From positions 1 to 43,428 of IMG/VR virus record IMGVR_UViG_3300005805_000154: a stretch of 43,428 nt of DNA. One strand, given 5' to 3'. The number at the start of each line of letters is the position of its first letter. Position 1 is the first letter of the stretch. The translations under genes were made by a program, and so were the position numbers. This document shows, piece after piece, positions 18,901-28,319 of the stretch. The DNA is from a virus (taxonomy: Duplodnaviria > Caudoviricetes). The notes beneath the pieces were generated by a model, which saw nothing but the letters and a program-made list of their open reading frames with translations, searched no databases and was not told the DNA's origin.

Positions 18901-21214
18901 AAATTCAGTACTTCCAAACAATAGAACAATTGCGGGAATTACTAGTATAAGACAAGTTAAAGATCTTACACTTTCAGATGATCCTGCAGTTGGATCTAAT
19001 ACTGATCCAGATGGATGCGCTAACGTAGTTTCTGCAATTTATAGTTGTGTTGGAATCATAACATCAATTATTAAAGATGGTCCAAGTGCTGCACCAACTA
19101 TAAATTCTCCAGATGGAAAAGTGATATGGGCTCCTCCTGGTGCTCAGTCCAAAAATACAATTTGGGTGTCAAAATATGGTAATGATCATGATACTGGAAA
19201 AACTGAAGGAAGTGCAAAACTTACAATTGGCGCTGCTGCAGAAATTGCACAACCTGGAGATACTATCTTTGTTAGACCAGGAATATACGTTGAAAATAAT
19301 CCAGTTGGTCTAAGAACTGATGTAACAGTTTCTGGGCAAGATTTAAGACTTGTAAATGTAATTCCAAAAAATCTTGGTAGAGATGTATTCCATGTGAGAA
19401 GAGGTTGTTTAATTGAAAACTTATCTTTTGCATGTGAATCTATTAATACTCCTAATCCCGGAGGAGGTGCTGTTGCATTCCCACCAAGAGATCCATCAGA
19501 ATTTGCATTAAGTGGATATATTGCTCCAGGACCAACTGGCGAAGGTCCGAGTGGTAGATGGAGATCTCCTTATATTCGAAATTGTACCAACTTCATGAAA
19601 GAAAGTATTGGTATGAAAATTGATGGTAATAATGCAACTGCATCTACAATTGGTGCAGATTTGAAATGTATGGTTTGCGATTCATTCACACAATATAATG
19701 AAGCTGGTGTTGGTGTTTCTATTACTAACAATGGATATGCTCAGTTAGTATCCATCTTTACTATTAACTGTGATATTGCAATTTATTGTGATACTGGTGG
19801 ACAATGCGACCTAACAAACTCTAATTCATCTTTTGGTAATTTTGGTCTTGTTGCCGATGGTCTTGGAGCACTTGAATTTACTGCAGAAGTTCAGCAAGAT
19901 ACTGCTCAAGAAACTGATACTGTAGTTTTTAGTGCAGTGACTGATAGAACTGGAAATATTAGAAAACCCTATGATGGACAAGCATTATTCTTTAAAATTG
20001 ATGTAGATGGAACTAAAATTAATACACCTTTACTGAGATTAGGTACTGTAACAGTAACAAATGGTGGATCTGGATATAGTCCTTCAGCACCGCCAAATAT
20101 TGTTCTTATTGATCTTGATAATAATAATAGTACTTCTCCTCTTGGTCCAGAAGGAATTATTGCGGAATTAAGTCCAACAATTGATGAAAATACTGGAGAA
20201 ATTTTAGCGATAGATGTTATTAATAGTGGAAGAAATTATTTACCATCACAAAATCTAGCAATTTTAATTGAAGGTGGAGTAGCAACTGCTGTTCCAAATA
20301 TGGAACCAATTTATTATACTGTTGAGCAATCAACAAATCCAACACCAGTAAATAATAGAGATGCTGATGCTTATAATTTGATTACTAGAAACAGAGAATT
20401 AATTAAGGACATCGCAATCGGTAAAATGATTAATGAATCTGGATTACCATATGATCCAGATACAACTATTTGTGAGAGAGACATTGGACTAGTTTTAGAT
20501 GCTGTTTGTTATAATTTAAAATATGGTGGAAATTATAAAGCATACGATGCAGCAAAAATTTATGTTGATGGTGGTTACGTAACTGCATATAAAGATGCCA
20601 CAATTTATGCATTCAATGTAGCAAGAGATTATGCAAAATTGGCATTGAATAATCAATCTATGGATCCAGATGCATCAACATATTCATCTATTTCCCAATT
20701 CATTGATAACACAGTTATTCCAGATCCTGCAAACACTCCAGGTTATGATGCCTTAGACTGTGCCGATCAAAGAACTACTGTAGATAATTTGTTTGCCATT
20801 ATTACTACGGCAATTCAAGATGAAGTGATGCCAGTAATGACTAGAACTAATGCAACTGTTGGAATTTGTACAGTTACATTTAATGAAGTTATTCCTTATT
20901 TAATTGATAAAGAATCTGAAATTGAAATGTTTAGAATTAGTCGTATTTTAACAACTGGACATTCCTTCGAATATATTGGCACAGGAACAGATATAAATAC
21001 CTCAACACCTCAAAAGGGTGGAGTTCCTATTCAAGAAAACCAAATTGTTGCTAGAAATGGAGCACAAATTCCATTTACTAGTACAAACCAAAAAGGTAAT
21101 TTTGAAATTGGTGAAGGGTTGGTCATCGATCAAACAACCAATACTATTAGAGGAAGAGATTTTAGTAGAGCGATACAGGCAGAAGTTACACCTTTAATTC
21201 TTGCATTGAGATAA
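15917..21214 (+). CDS. 1765-aa multidomain virion/fibre protein: 14-aa beta repeats, a beta-helix and three phycobiliprotein-like repeats
   Basis: VGIG.T.P fibre motifs, LNSTLTV repeats, IWVSKYGND..G/SPYIRNCT beta-helix, three C..DI..IL.AI.Y....GGN repeats. Confidence 0.8.
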   Translation: MADITVTGKEAYFNENTTFFKDVTIYRNLNYDFRIKPLDVQDLNVFGNANFFGYDNRTNFQHKVRFENDIVVDKEIEFLRVGILTVSNRFDVGPGGSVLNATAETALVGIGVTDPTQDLHVRGSVRIEEYIYDSDNLNGGIGFYLSMDEFGIKWTVLEPTFTEGIRIFDQGDEIGVGNSFSGINFITNSGGTVNELVEATVNPTNPYVADITIKDFWTSNGADIYRNSNVGINNDIPTYTLDVTGTVRITEDILGERDLFLTRDAYITGFTTITGELLVTSPSKLFNTLSVASTTTLSSDLFVLDDTFIQNTLNVNNATNLNLTLTVANETQLNSTLVVEGETALNSTLTVAEATQLNSTLDVVGITNLQEDLNVFGPTFIDNTLSVSSNTSISGKLDVFGATRLYNTLQVDKSTRINENLYVVGLSTLVGDARLENNLRVIGVSNLEDDLNVGGITSLAKTLTVTESTLLRDSLDVIGITSLNKSLFVVGITTLNDKLKVVGDADLRSKLTVTGITSLGNTLEVAGDSLLKRQLTVVGITSLKDKLIVDGTTELNSTLDVFDATTLGNTLTVSGETNLLDNLTVEGATDLNSSLNVDGTTDLNSSLTVGGITDLNSTLTVDGSTELKSTLSVGPNGDVITTTGIGSVGIGTNNPDKDIELAKDVKFSQAIYDNNDNVDYRTNEYYEVSRSVLSTIGINTLGEIIEGRFFDAANLIRLNLDYIAKEAIGFITSSDYKVPKFSITTNDYESCKDDIKDILKAITFDITKGGNSASVGAGLSYYDGTTLLYIETPEVKQASIDAIQKAAEYARYVVNNATPPVSYQKIDGKSADAGGLLTLNKDFIAYEAVQRTLNNFPSLVIPGGNENCVDDIKLILDAIIYNIQYGGNNNVYDAAKFYIDNPKLLEGEIQESIYAYGEVSKIAIQVIRNQTVTKASGSFNTFTQVIDNSIIGDISGVPGVYQTSCATNDFTTSCDCSDQASAINSFVGIVTFAIGNSVLPNNRTIAGITSIRQVKDLTLSDDPAVGSNTDPDGCANVVSAIYSCVGIITSIIKDGPSAAPTINSPDGKVIWAPPGAQSKNTIWVSKYGNDHDTGKTEGSAKLTIGAAAEIAQPGDTIFVRPGIYVENNPVGLRTDVTVSGQDLRLVNVIPKNLGRDVFHVRRGCLIENLSFACESINTPNPGGGAVAFPPRDPSEFALSGYIAPGPTGEGPSGRWRSPYIRNCTNFMKESIGMKIDGNNATASTIGADLKCMVCDSFTQYNEAGVGVSITNNGYAQLVSIFTINCDIAIYCDTGGQCDLTNSNSSFGNFGLVADGLGALEFTAEVQQDTAQETDTVVFSAVTDRTGNIRKPYDGQALFFKIDVDGTKINTPLLRLGTVTVTNGGSGYSPSAPPNIVLIDLDNNNSTSPLGPEGIIAELSPTIDENTGEILAIDVINSGRNYLPSQNLAILIEGGVATAVPNMEPIYYTVEQSTNPTPVNNRDADAYNLITRNRELIKDIAIGKMINESGLPYDPDTTICERDIGLVLDAVCYNLKYGGNYKAYDAAKIYVDGGYVTAYKDATIYAFNVARDYAKLALNNQSMDPDASTYSSISQFIDNTVIPDPANTPGYDALDCADQRTTVDNLFAIITTAIQDEVMPVMTRTNATVGICTVTFNEVIPYLIDKESEIEMFRISRILTTGHSFEYIGTGTDINTSTPQKGGVPIQENQIVARNGAQIPFTSTNQKGNFEIGEGLVIDQTTNTIRGRDFSRAIQAEVTPLILALR
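16640..17815 (+). repeat. Array of 14-aa (42-bp) degenerate beta repeats
   Basis: Units such as TQLNSTLVVEGETA and TDLNSSLNVDGTTD; DNA motif acagatttaaattc recurs. Boundaries are approximate. Confidence 0.8.
18047..19075 (+). other. Phycobiliprotein-like domain 1, with domain 2 (about 18410-18900) nested inside it
   Basis: Domain 1: DAANLI..N..CKDDI..IL ... GCANVVSAI. Domain 2: DAGGLLT.N..P.LVIPGGN..CVDDI.LIL..I.Y ... DCS. Confidence 0.55.
20366..20818 (+). other. Phycobiliprotein-like domain 3
   Basis: DAYNLITRN..CERDIGLVLDAVCYNLKYGG ... DCADQRTTVDNLFAIITTAI. Confidence 0.55.
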
Positions 21215-21217
21215 GAT

Positions 21218-21874
21218 ATGGCAATTGCACCACTTAATAAATTTATAACCATTGCTCTTCCCGTAGCACCGGATGAGCAAGTTATATACACAACTCCAGT
21301 TGGAGTTTCTGCAATTTTGCTGTACGCTCAAGTATCTAATGTTGGTGTTAATACATATCCACAAGTAACATTTTCTCATAGAAGACTTTCAAATAGAACT
21401 AAAAATATAAGAAATAATAGAATTGCTAAAGAAGTAGAAATACCGCCAAATGATGCAGTAATTTTAATTGATGGTCGTCTTGTACTGGAAAGGAATGCAC
21501 TTATTTCAGATTCTCTTGTAGTCAGTGGATCACAGTCTGGAATAGTCACAATTTATGACTGCAAATATGATAACTCAACTGGATTGACCACTGTTACTAC
21601 TTATGGTGCTCATAATTTTTCAGTAAATGATGAAGTTACCATGTCAGGTCTTGCATTTACTTGTCCTCCAGGGAGTGGAATAACTACAACAATATTCCCA
21701 TCACCTCAAACTTCATTTAAAGTTTCAAAAGTAACTGGTGGAATTGGAAGCACAATTTTTGAAACAAATGCTGGCGTGATTGCAGGAATTCAACATACAT
21801 ATGTTAGTGGTGGAAAAGTGGGTCCACTGCAAATGGAATTTATTTGTAGTATTTTGGAGAATAGTACGGTATAA
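21218..21874 (+). CDS. Putative virion structural protein
   Basis: Beta-rich sequence in the fibre operon; TVTT...HNF...DEV motif shared with the 28989 protein. Confidence 0.65.
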   Translation: MAIAPLNKFITIALPVAPDEQVIYTTPVGVSAILLYAQVSNVGVNTYPQVTFSHRRLSNRTKNIRNNRIAKEVEIPPNDAVILIDGRLVLERNALISDSLVVSGSQSGIVTIYDCKYDNSTGLTTVTTYGAHNFSVNDEVTMSGLAFTCPPGSGITTTIFPSPQTSFKVSKVTGGIGSTIFETNAGVIAGIQHTYVSGGKVGPLQMEFICSILENSTV

Positions 21875-21876
21875 TA

Positions 21877-24800
21877 ATGGCAAACTATATTAGTGGAAGA
21901 GCAAAAGTTAGTCCTTTTTGGGGATTAAGTACTACTAGACATTTATATTTAAGTTTAAATGATGCGGAACCAAATCTTGGATTTCCTGATGAAAAAAGTT
22001 TACCTATTGCCGACAAATATTACACTTTAGTTACCATTGATAATGGCACTACCTTTGATAGATATTGGCAACTTGTTCCTCCGGCACAATTTGTTGGTGG
22101 AATATCAATTTTTGATGAAGGATCTCTTGTTGGTACTGCGAATAGTGTCAATAAATTAGATTTTAGGGGTGATGCAATTGTAGCTACTGCTTCTGGAACT
22201 ATATCTACAATTAGAGTATTTGCACCTGGAAATAATAAGGAAATTATATTCAATAATAATGGTGATTTTTTAAGTGCTCCTGAATTTTATTACGAATCTT
22301 CTAACGCCAGAGTTGGTATTGGAACATCTATACCAAGTCAAAAATTACATCTTGAAGGAAATTTAAGAATAACTGGAGCAATATATGATTTTTATAATGT
22401 TCCTGGAGTAAATGGTCAGGTTTTAGTTACAACTGGAACTGGAGTTACTTGGGCACAACCTGTTGGAGCGCAAGGTGCTCAAGGTACTCAAGGACTTCAG
22501 GGTATTCAAGGTCGTCAAGGCCGTCAAGGAGTTCAAGGAAATTTAGGTAGTCAAGGTACTCAAAATTCTCAAGGAACTCAAGGACTTCAAGGAAATCAAG
22601 GTAGACAAGGACTGCAAGGATCAGGAAATCAAGGAGTTCAAGGAACTCAAGGAACACAATCTTCTCAAGGTGTTCAAGGTCTTCAAGGTATTCAAGGAAC
22701 TCAAGGATTTCAAGGGACTCAAGGATTAGGATCTCAGGGAAGTCAAGGAACTATAGGATCTCAAGGTACTCAAGGAATTCAAGGTGAAGGTGGTATTGAT
22801 GGAAATCAAGGTTCTCAAGGACTTCAAGGAAATCAAGGTTTTTCTGGAGAAAGTGGTTCTCAAGGAAATCAAGGTTCACAAGGAGTAAAAGGTCAAGGAA
22901 TTCAAGGTTTAAAAGGTGATGTTCAAGGAACTCAAGGTCGTCAAGGAAGACAAGGAACTCAAGGATATCAAGGTTTTCAAGGAACTCAAGGTGTTGGTGT
23001 TCAAGGAGACCAAGGCGTTCAAGGTGTTCAAGGTAATCAGGGATTAGCTGGAACTACTCAAGGTTCTCAAGGTACTCAAGGTATTCAAGGAATTCAAGGT
23101 GATCAAGGAGCACAAGGTATCCAAGGTATCCAAGGTATCCAAGGAACTCAAGGATTTCAAGGTCAACAAGGAACTCAAGGCAGACAGGGAATTCAAGGTG
23201 CTTTTAGACAAGGTACACAAGGTGCGCAAGGAACTCAAGGATTACAAGGAAATCAAGGGGCTCAAGGATTAGCTGGATTATTTGCAGGACAAGGAGCTCA
23301 AGGAACTCAAGGGGATCAAGGCGTTCAAGGTGTTCAAGGAGACCAAGGCGTTCAAGGTGTTCAAGGAGACCAAGGCGTTCAAGGACTTCAAGGTGTTCAA
23401 GGAACTCAAGGAGACCAAGGCGTTCAAGGTGTTCAAGGTATTCAAGGAACTCAAGGTATTCAGGGACTGCAAGGTATTCAAGGACAACAAGGATTTCAAG
23501 GAACTCAAGGAAATCAAGGTATCCAAGGTGTTCAAGGTATTCAAGGATTACAAGGGACTCAAGGTAGACAAGGACCTCAAGGTGTTCAAGGTGTTCAAGG
23601 AACTCAAGGTATTCAAGGATTACAAGGGACTCAAGGTAGACAAGGACCTCAGGGTGTTCAAGGTATTCAAGGATCTCAAGGTGTTCAAGGTATTCAAGGA
23701 TTACAAGGGACTCAAGGTAGACAAGGACCTCAGGGTGTTCAAGGTGTTCAAGGAACTCAAGGTATTCAAGGATCTCAAGGTCTTCAAGGGACTCAAGGTA
23801 GACAAGGACCTCAGGGTGTCCAAGGTGTTCAAGGAACTCAAGGTATTCAAGGAACTCAAGGTCGCCAAGGTCTTCAAGGTCTTCAAGGTAATCAAGGTGT
23901 TCAAGGATTACAAGGTGTTCAAGGAGGTCAAGGAACTCAAGGTAGACAAGGACCTCAGGGTGTTCAAGGTATTCAAGGTTCTCAAGGTACTCAAGGTATT
24001 CAAGGAACTCAAGGTAGACAAGGATCTCAGGGTGTTCAAGGTATTCAAGGAACTCAAGGTGTTCAAGGTCTTCAAGGATTTCAAGGAACTCAAGGTAGAC
24101 AAGGATCTCAGGGTGTTCAAGGTATTCAAGGATCTCAAGGATCTCAAGGCGTCCAAGGTGTTCAAGGAAACCAAGGATTCCAAGGTGTTCAAGGACTTCA
24201 AGGTGTTCAAGGTCGCCAAGGTCGTCAAGGTGTTCAAGGAAATCAAGGATTCCAAGGTGTTCAAGGTCTTCAAGGATTACAAGGAACTCAAGGATTTGGG
24301 GGTCAAGGAAATCAAGGTACTCAAGGTAGAGCAAATCAAGGTGTTCAAGGTACTCAAGGTACTCAAGGAATTCAAGGTGGAGGATCTCAAGGACTCCAAG
24401 GAAATCAAGGAATGCAAGGAGGAGGATCTCAAGGTCGTCAAGGTTTGCAGGGAGGAGGATCTCAAGGGTCTCAAGGTTTACAAGGTAATCAAGGATTGCC
24501 AGGAAATGTTCAAGGTACTCAAGGTGCTCAAGGATTCCAAGGTGTTCAAGGACCAGCAGGAACTTTTGCTGGAACAGGAAAAGCAGATGCTGCTACAGTA
24601 TTAAGTCCAAGGACAGGGACTACTATTGCAGATTTTGTTACTATTAATACTACTGATGGAACTTATATTAATAATAATAGAAATAGTGACGGTGGTACTT
24701 GGTTAATTAATCAAAGAGGACCTTCAACTGGAGGATTCTTTTTTGCATCATTGAATGATGCTAATGCAACTCCAGAGATTCCACTTGGTGATATTAGAAT

Positions 24801-25080
24801 ACTCGATTATGTTTCTTTATCAATTGACAGAAATGGAAATTCATTTTTTGGATTACCATATGGAGATACTCCTGCTTCAGGTACTTCTATAAGTAATAAT
24901 GGTGGAACAATTAGAGCACTTGGACCAATTTTATCGCTTAGAGTTCCTTTATTCATTAATCGTAATGCTGTAACTGATAATTATACAGTCAGAGCAGGAT
25001 ATAATGCAGTTTCAGCAGGACCAATTACAGCAGAGGGTAATGTTACCGTAGCAACAGGTGCTAGATGGATAATTGTTTAA
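21877..25080 (+). CDS. Collagen-like fibre protein (Gly-X-Gln)
   Basis: About 700 aa of G-X-Q triplets between a fibre-type N-terminus and a C-terminal [12 protein letters not shown] motif. Confidence 0.88.
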   Translation: MANYISGRAKVSPFWGLSTTRHLYLSLNDAEPNLGFPDEKSLPIADKYYTLVTIDNGTTFDRYWQLVPPAQFVGGISIFDEGSLVGTANSVNKLDFRGDAIVATASGTISTIRVFAPGNNKEIIFNNNGDFLSAPEFYYESSNARVGIGTSIPSQKLHLEGNLRITGAIYDFYNVPGVNGQVLVTTGTGVTWAQPVGAQGAQGTQGLQGIQGRQGRQGVQGNLGSQGTQNSQGTQGLQGNQGRQGLQGSGNQGVQGTQGTQSSQGVQGLQGIQGTQGFQGTQGLGSQGSQGTIGSQGTQGIQGEGGIDGNQGSQGLQGNQGFSGESGSQGNQGSQGVKGQGIQGLKGDVQGTQGRQGRQGTQGYQGFQGTQGVGVQGDQGVQGVQGNQGLAGTTQGSQGTQGIQGIQGDQGAQGIQGIQGIQGTQGFQGQQGTQGRQGIQGAFRQGTQGAQGTQGLQGNQGAQGLAGLFAGQGAQGTQGDQGVQGVQGDQGVQGVQGDQGVQGLQGVQGTQGDQGVQGVQGIQGTQGIQGLQGIQGQQGFQGTQGNQGIQGVQGIQGLQGTQGRQGPQGVQGVQGTQGIQGLQGTQGRQGPQGVQGIQGSQGVQGIQGLQGTQGRQGPQGVQGVQGTQGIQGSQGLQGTQGRQGPQGVQGVQGTQGIQGTQGRQGLQGLQGNQGVQGLQGVQGGQGTQGRQGPQGVQGIQGSQGTQGIQGTQGRQGSQGVQGIQGTQGVQGLQGFQGTQGRQGSQGVQGIQGSQGSQGVQGVQGNQGFQGVQGLQGVQGRQGRQGVQGNQGFQGVQGLQGLQGTQGFGGQGNQGTQGRANQGVQGTQGTQGIQGGGSQGLQGNQGMQGGGSQGRQGLQGGGSQGSQGLQGNQGLPGNVQGTQGAQGFQGVQGPAGTFAGTGKADAATVLSPRTGTTIADFVTINTTDGTYINNNRNSDGGTWLINQRGPSTGGFFFASLNDANATPEIPLGDIRILDYVSLSIDRNGNSFFGLPYGDTPASGTSISNNGGTIRALGPILSLRVPLFINRNAVTDNYTVRAGYNAVSAGPITAEGNVTVATGARWIIV
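22465..24561 (+). repeat. 9-bp-period CAAGGNNNN repeat array encoding collagen
   Basis: caaggt/caagga occurs every 9 bp, with higher-order duplicated blocks. Confidence 0.95.
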
Positions 25081-25088
25081 TATAAATA
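25081..25088 (+). promoter_or_regulatory. T4-type late promoter
   Basis: Perfect TATAAATA. Confidence 0.8.
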
Positions 25089-25112
25089 TAGAAAAATATA
25101 AAATAAATTAAA

Positions 25113-25619
25113 ATGAGTTTGTTACTTGTAGATGAAATACAAAATTTAAATGGTAGTACAGTTTTAAATTCTTCAGGTAGTACACTTCAAGTTGAAAATA
25201 CAAATACACTTGGATACACGAATGAAATATCTACCACATCATCTTCTTTTGTATCGACTGGATTAAGTGTTTCAATTGTACCAACAACAAAAACATCAAA
25301 GTTATTGGTTCAATGGTCCGGAACAGTAAAATCCACAAATTCAACTTCAAATGAAGATGGAATTGCTTTGAGAATTTATAGAGATGATAAACCAATTTGT
25401 ATTTCTAAGACTGGATATGAAAGTGATTGCCTAATTTACAATAATGCAAATTCACTTGAAGAATACTATGCTCAGGCAACTATTGAACATTTAATTACTT
25501 CCGAAAGTTTGGCAAAAACTACATTCACTTTATATTTTGCTAATTTTTGGGGCGGAACTTCTTATATAAGTAATTACTGGGGAACAAATTCGTTTACAGT
25601 GAAGGAGATTTCTGCATGA
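25113..25619 (+). CDS. Fibre-associated beta-sandwich protein
   Basis: STTSSSFVSTGLSVSI.PT...SKLLV and C-terminal TVKEISA motifs, common in phage fibre loci. Confidence 0.6.
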   Translation: MSLLLVDEIQNLNGSTVLNSSGSTLQVENTNTLGYTNEISTTSSSFVSTGLSVSIVPTTKTSKLLVQWSGTVKSTNSTSNEDGIALRIYRDDKPICISKTGYESDCLIYNNANSLEEYYAQATIEHLITSESLAKTTFTLYFANFWGGTSYISNYWGTNSFTVKEISA

Positions 25620-25936
25620 ACTCAATTAATACAAAAAGAAATATTGGAATTTCTGAAGCATTAAATTCATTACGTCCAGGTGCAAAATGGACATGTTTGG
25701 GTCCAACATATGATGACATTATTTGGCACGATACATCACAATCAATACCAAATGAAGATGAAATTAGTGCTGAAATATCAAGATTAAAAACTGAATATGA
25801 TAATAAAGAATATCAAAGACTTCGTGCAAGAGAATATCCTTCTTTTGCAGAACAATTTGATATTTTATATCATGGTGGTTATGACCAATGGAAACAAACT
25901 ATTGATACAATTAAACAAAAATATCCAAAATCATAA
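25616..25936 (+). CDS. Small fibre-associated protein (XkdW-like / assembly)
   Basis: AL.SLRPGAKW and YQRLRAREYPS..EQ.D.LYH...IK.KYPK motifs. Confidence 0.6.
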   Translation: MNSINTKRNIGISEALNSLRPGAKWTCLGPTYDDIIWHDTSQSIPNEDEISAEISRLKTEYDNKEYQRLRAREYPSFAEQFDILYHGGYDQWKQTIDTIKQKYPKS

Positions 25937-25942
25937 TAAATA
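25935..25942 (+). promoter_or_regulatory. T4-type late promoter
   Basis: AATAAATA upstream of 25956. Confidence 0.55.
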
Positions 25943-25955
25943 ATTATAAAAAAAT

Positions 25956-26498
25956 ATGTCTCAGTTAAACGTTGGAAATATTAGTGCAACTGGAGTTATA
26001 ACTTGTAGAACTCCACCTACTGCTTTACCAAATGTTGGTGGAATTAATGTAATGGCTAATGGTGGCGGTGGAGAACCACGTCTTATATTTATGAATAGTG
26101 CTGGTGATACTGTTTGGTCTAGATTAAGTGCAAGTAATACTGGAAACTCAACCTTTTCTGGTAATGTAACTGCATTTTCAGATGAAAGATTAAAAGACAA
26201 TATTGAAGATATCAATGATCCTCTACAAAAAGTTTTAAGTATAAGGGGAGTTACTTTTACTAGAAAAGATTTACTAGATAAAACAAAAAAACATATTGGT
26301 GTTATTGCTCAAGAAATAGAAAAAGTATTACCTGAAGTTGTACATGTCTCTTTAGATCATGATTCTGATGGGAATCCAATCGAAATTAAAACAGTTGCTT
26401 ATGGTAATATAGTTTCAGTTTTAATTGAAGCGATTAAAGAACAAAATAAAGAAATTGAAGATTTAAAAGAAAGAGTAAAAATCTTAGAAAACAAATAA
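25956..26498 (+). CDS. Short fibre protein with a peptidase S74 intramolecular chaperone
   Basis: FSDERLKDNI, GVIAQE.EKVLPE and LIEAIKE coiled coil. Confidence 0.9.
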   Translation: MSQLNVGNISATGVITCRTPPTALPNVGGINVMANGGGGEPRLIFMNSAGDTVWSRLSASNTGNSTFSGNVTAFSDERLKDNIEDINDPLQKVLSIRGVTFTRKDLLDKTKKHIGVIAQEIEKVLPEVVHVSLDHDSDGNPIEIKTVAYGNIVSVLIEAIKEQNKEIEDLKERVKILENK

Positions 26499-26503
26499 GA
26501 TAA

Positions 26504-27850
26504 ATGGCATTACCAGTTGCTCCAGATCCAATTAGTCTTGGAGATCTTCAAACTAATTTTGGTGGAACAAGTCCTGCTTCATTGAACGAATATTATCGTG
26601 GAGGAACATTTGTAGCAAATATTCCAGAAAATAATAACGTTCCAACATCTGGAAGAATTTCTTTAGAAGATTTTTATGGTGCAGTAACAAAGATTACCGT
26701 TGTTAATAATGCCGATATACGTAATGTAAGTATGCAAACTGCATTTACTATAGGTGGTATTAATTATTGGACACGCAATGTTGAAAAAGAATATATTAAT
26801 AATGGTACAATAGGATCTAATGACGCTACACTACCAGCATTAACGGTAAGTAATGGAAGATCTGGAACATTTACTCTTACAAATAGCAGCACTGGAAGCA
26901 TTCTTGGTGCTGGTGGAGATGGAGCTCGTGTCCAAGGAATAGCAACTAATGCACGTTCTGATGGACAAACTGGAGGAACTGCAATTCAAAATAACTCTTC
27001 AAATTATACAATAGTTAATTCTGGAGTAATTTATGGCGGAGGCGGTGGGGGTGCTAGAGGAAGAAATGGTGGTGATGGTGGTCAAGGTGGGTATGGAAAT
27101 CGTATAACTGGAACAAGAACAATAACAACTTCTGTTACTGAACAGAAATGTGGTAGTTGTTATAATGGCAGTGGAGGATTTGGTACTAATGTAGTTGTAT
27201 TTGCCAATGGTCGCAATATTTATGAACGTTTTAATGCTCCTGCGGGCGCAACTCTTAGAAGTATTAGACCGGGAAATTTTATATGCAGTAGAGATCGAAG
27301 ATCTTGCTCTCGACCTTTTGGTAGACTACTTTGTATAGGATTTATTTACGAAACTTATTGTGCCACTGGACGTTATGATGTTAGAACGACTGTACCAACA
27401 TACACAAGAGTAAATGGATGTGCAGGAGCTGCTGGAAACACCACTGGAGGTAGAGGTGGTCAAGGACAAGGATACCAAAGAACTTCTGGACCAGAATCTG
27501 GACAGACTGGTTTAGCGCCACAAGGATCAAACTGTTGCCCTGATAGTGGTCTTCTGCCAGTAGGACGACTTGCAGGGTGTGGAGGTGCTAGAGGGAGAGG
27601 CGGAAATGGTAGTTCTGGAGGTACTTGGGGTCAATCTGGAGGAACTCAAGAAACATCTTCTGCGTTGTCCGGAAGTACCGGATTATCAGGTTTTGATGTA
27701 GAACGTAATGTGTCAACACCAGGACAACCAGGTAGATCTCCTGGAAATAATCCATCCTCACCAGGAGCTGGTGGATTTTATCTTGCAGGATCTTCTGGAA
27801 GAACAGTCACATTTTCAGGAACTGGTTCGGTTCTTGGAAGATTATCTTAA
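26504..27850 (+). CDS. Gly-rich putative adhesin (gp38-like)
   Basis: ISL.DL...FGG..P.SL.EYYRGG N-terminus; I.GAGG.G and IYGGGGGG polyglycine motifs; follows the S74 gene. Confidence 0.7.
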   Translation: MALPVAPDPISLGDLQTNFGGTSPASLNEYYRGGTFVANIPENNNVPTSGRISLEDFYGAVTKITVVNNADIRNVSMQTAFTIGGINYWTRNVEKEYINNGTIGSNDATLPALTVSNGRSGTFTLTNSSTGSILGAGGDGARVQGIATNARSDGQTGGTAIQNNSSNYTIVNSGVIYGGGGGGARGRNGGDGGQGGYGNRITGTRTITTSVTEQKCGSCYNGSGGFGTNVVVFANGRNIYERFNAPAGATLRSIRPGNFICSRDRRSCSRPFGRLLCIGFIYETYCATGRYDVRTTVPTYTRVNGCAGAAGNTTGGRGGQGQGYQRTSGPESGQTGLAPQGSNCCPDSGLLPVGRLAGCGGARGRGGNGSSGGTWGQSGGTQETSSALSGSTGLSGFDVERNVSTPGQPGRSPGNNPSSPGAGGFYLAGSSGRTVTFSGTGSVLGRLS

Positions 27851-27857
27851 GAACCCC

Positions 27858-27886
27858 TTGACAACCACCAAAATATCCCCTATAAT
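27858..27886 (+). promoter_or_regulatory. Consensus sigma70 promoter
   Basis: TTGACA-N17-TATAAT. Confidence 0.9.
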
Positions 27887-27911
27887 ATCCGAGTAATCAA
27901 AAAACGAACGA

Positions 27912-28115
27912 ATGAACGCTGAATGTCTGCTTGGAGTCGTCATCGATGTTTGTACTCGATCTGTACTTCTTGTAAGTGATCAGGGCAACGAAAAAGTTGT
28001 AACTTGTGATACAGTTGAAGAATTTATGAATGTTACAAACTTTATTACAGACAATTTAAATTCTGACCAAATCGAATACGCTGATCTTGCAGTTTATGAA
28101 AACTCTAACTATTGA
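27912..28115 (+). CDS. Small hypothetical protein
   Basis: ORF directly downstream of a consensus promoter. Confidence 0.7.
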   Translation: MNAECLLGVVIDVCTRSVLLVSDQGNEKVVTCDTVEEFMNVTNFITDNLNSDQIEYADLAVYENSNY

Positions 28116-28281
28116 AGAATTTCAACAAGATTTTGATGCTATCATCAATAAAGTTGAAGAAGGTGAATGCTTTATTATCAAAAGTGAGCATGGTAACGCT
28201 ATGTTAATTCCTTATAAACAATATAGGAACGAAATAGACGACCTAATCCGAATACATACCGACCACGAAGAAGGTAGTTGA
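28096..28281 (+). CDS. Phd/YefM antitoxin-like small protein
   Basis: MKTLTIEEFQQDFDAIINKVEEGECFII....NAMLIP matches the Phd/YefM N-terminal pattern; ATG 28096. Confidence 0.6.
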   Translation: MKTLTIEEFQQDFDAIINKVEEGECFIIKSEHGNAMLIPYKQYRNEIDDLIRIHTDHEEGS

Positions 28282-28306
28282 CAAAGAGTTCCAGGTCCTC
28301 TATAAT
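28278..28306 (+). promoter_or_regulatory. Consensus sigma70 promoter for tRNAs
   Basis: TTGACA-N17-TATAAT. Confidence 0.9.
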
Positions 28307-28319
28307 TGATCTGGTTCAC

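Noticed and set aside
22465-24561. Repeat array as a CRISPR array
   Set aside because: There are no unique spacers; the repeats are in-frame coding triplets.
22445-24604. Long alternative-frame and antisense ORFs (440 aa KVFK-rich, 376 aa LE-rich and others)
   Set aside because: They are by-products of the stop-poor 9-bp collagen repeat.
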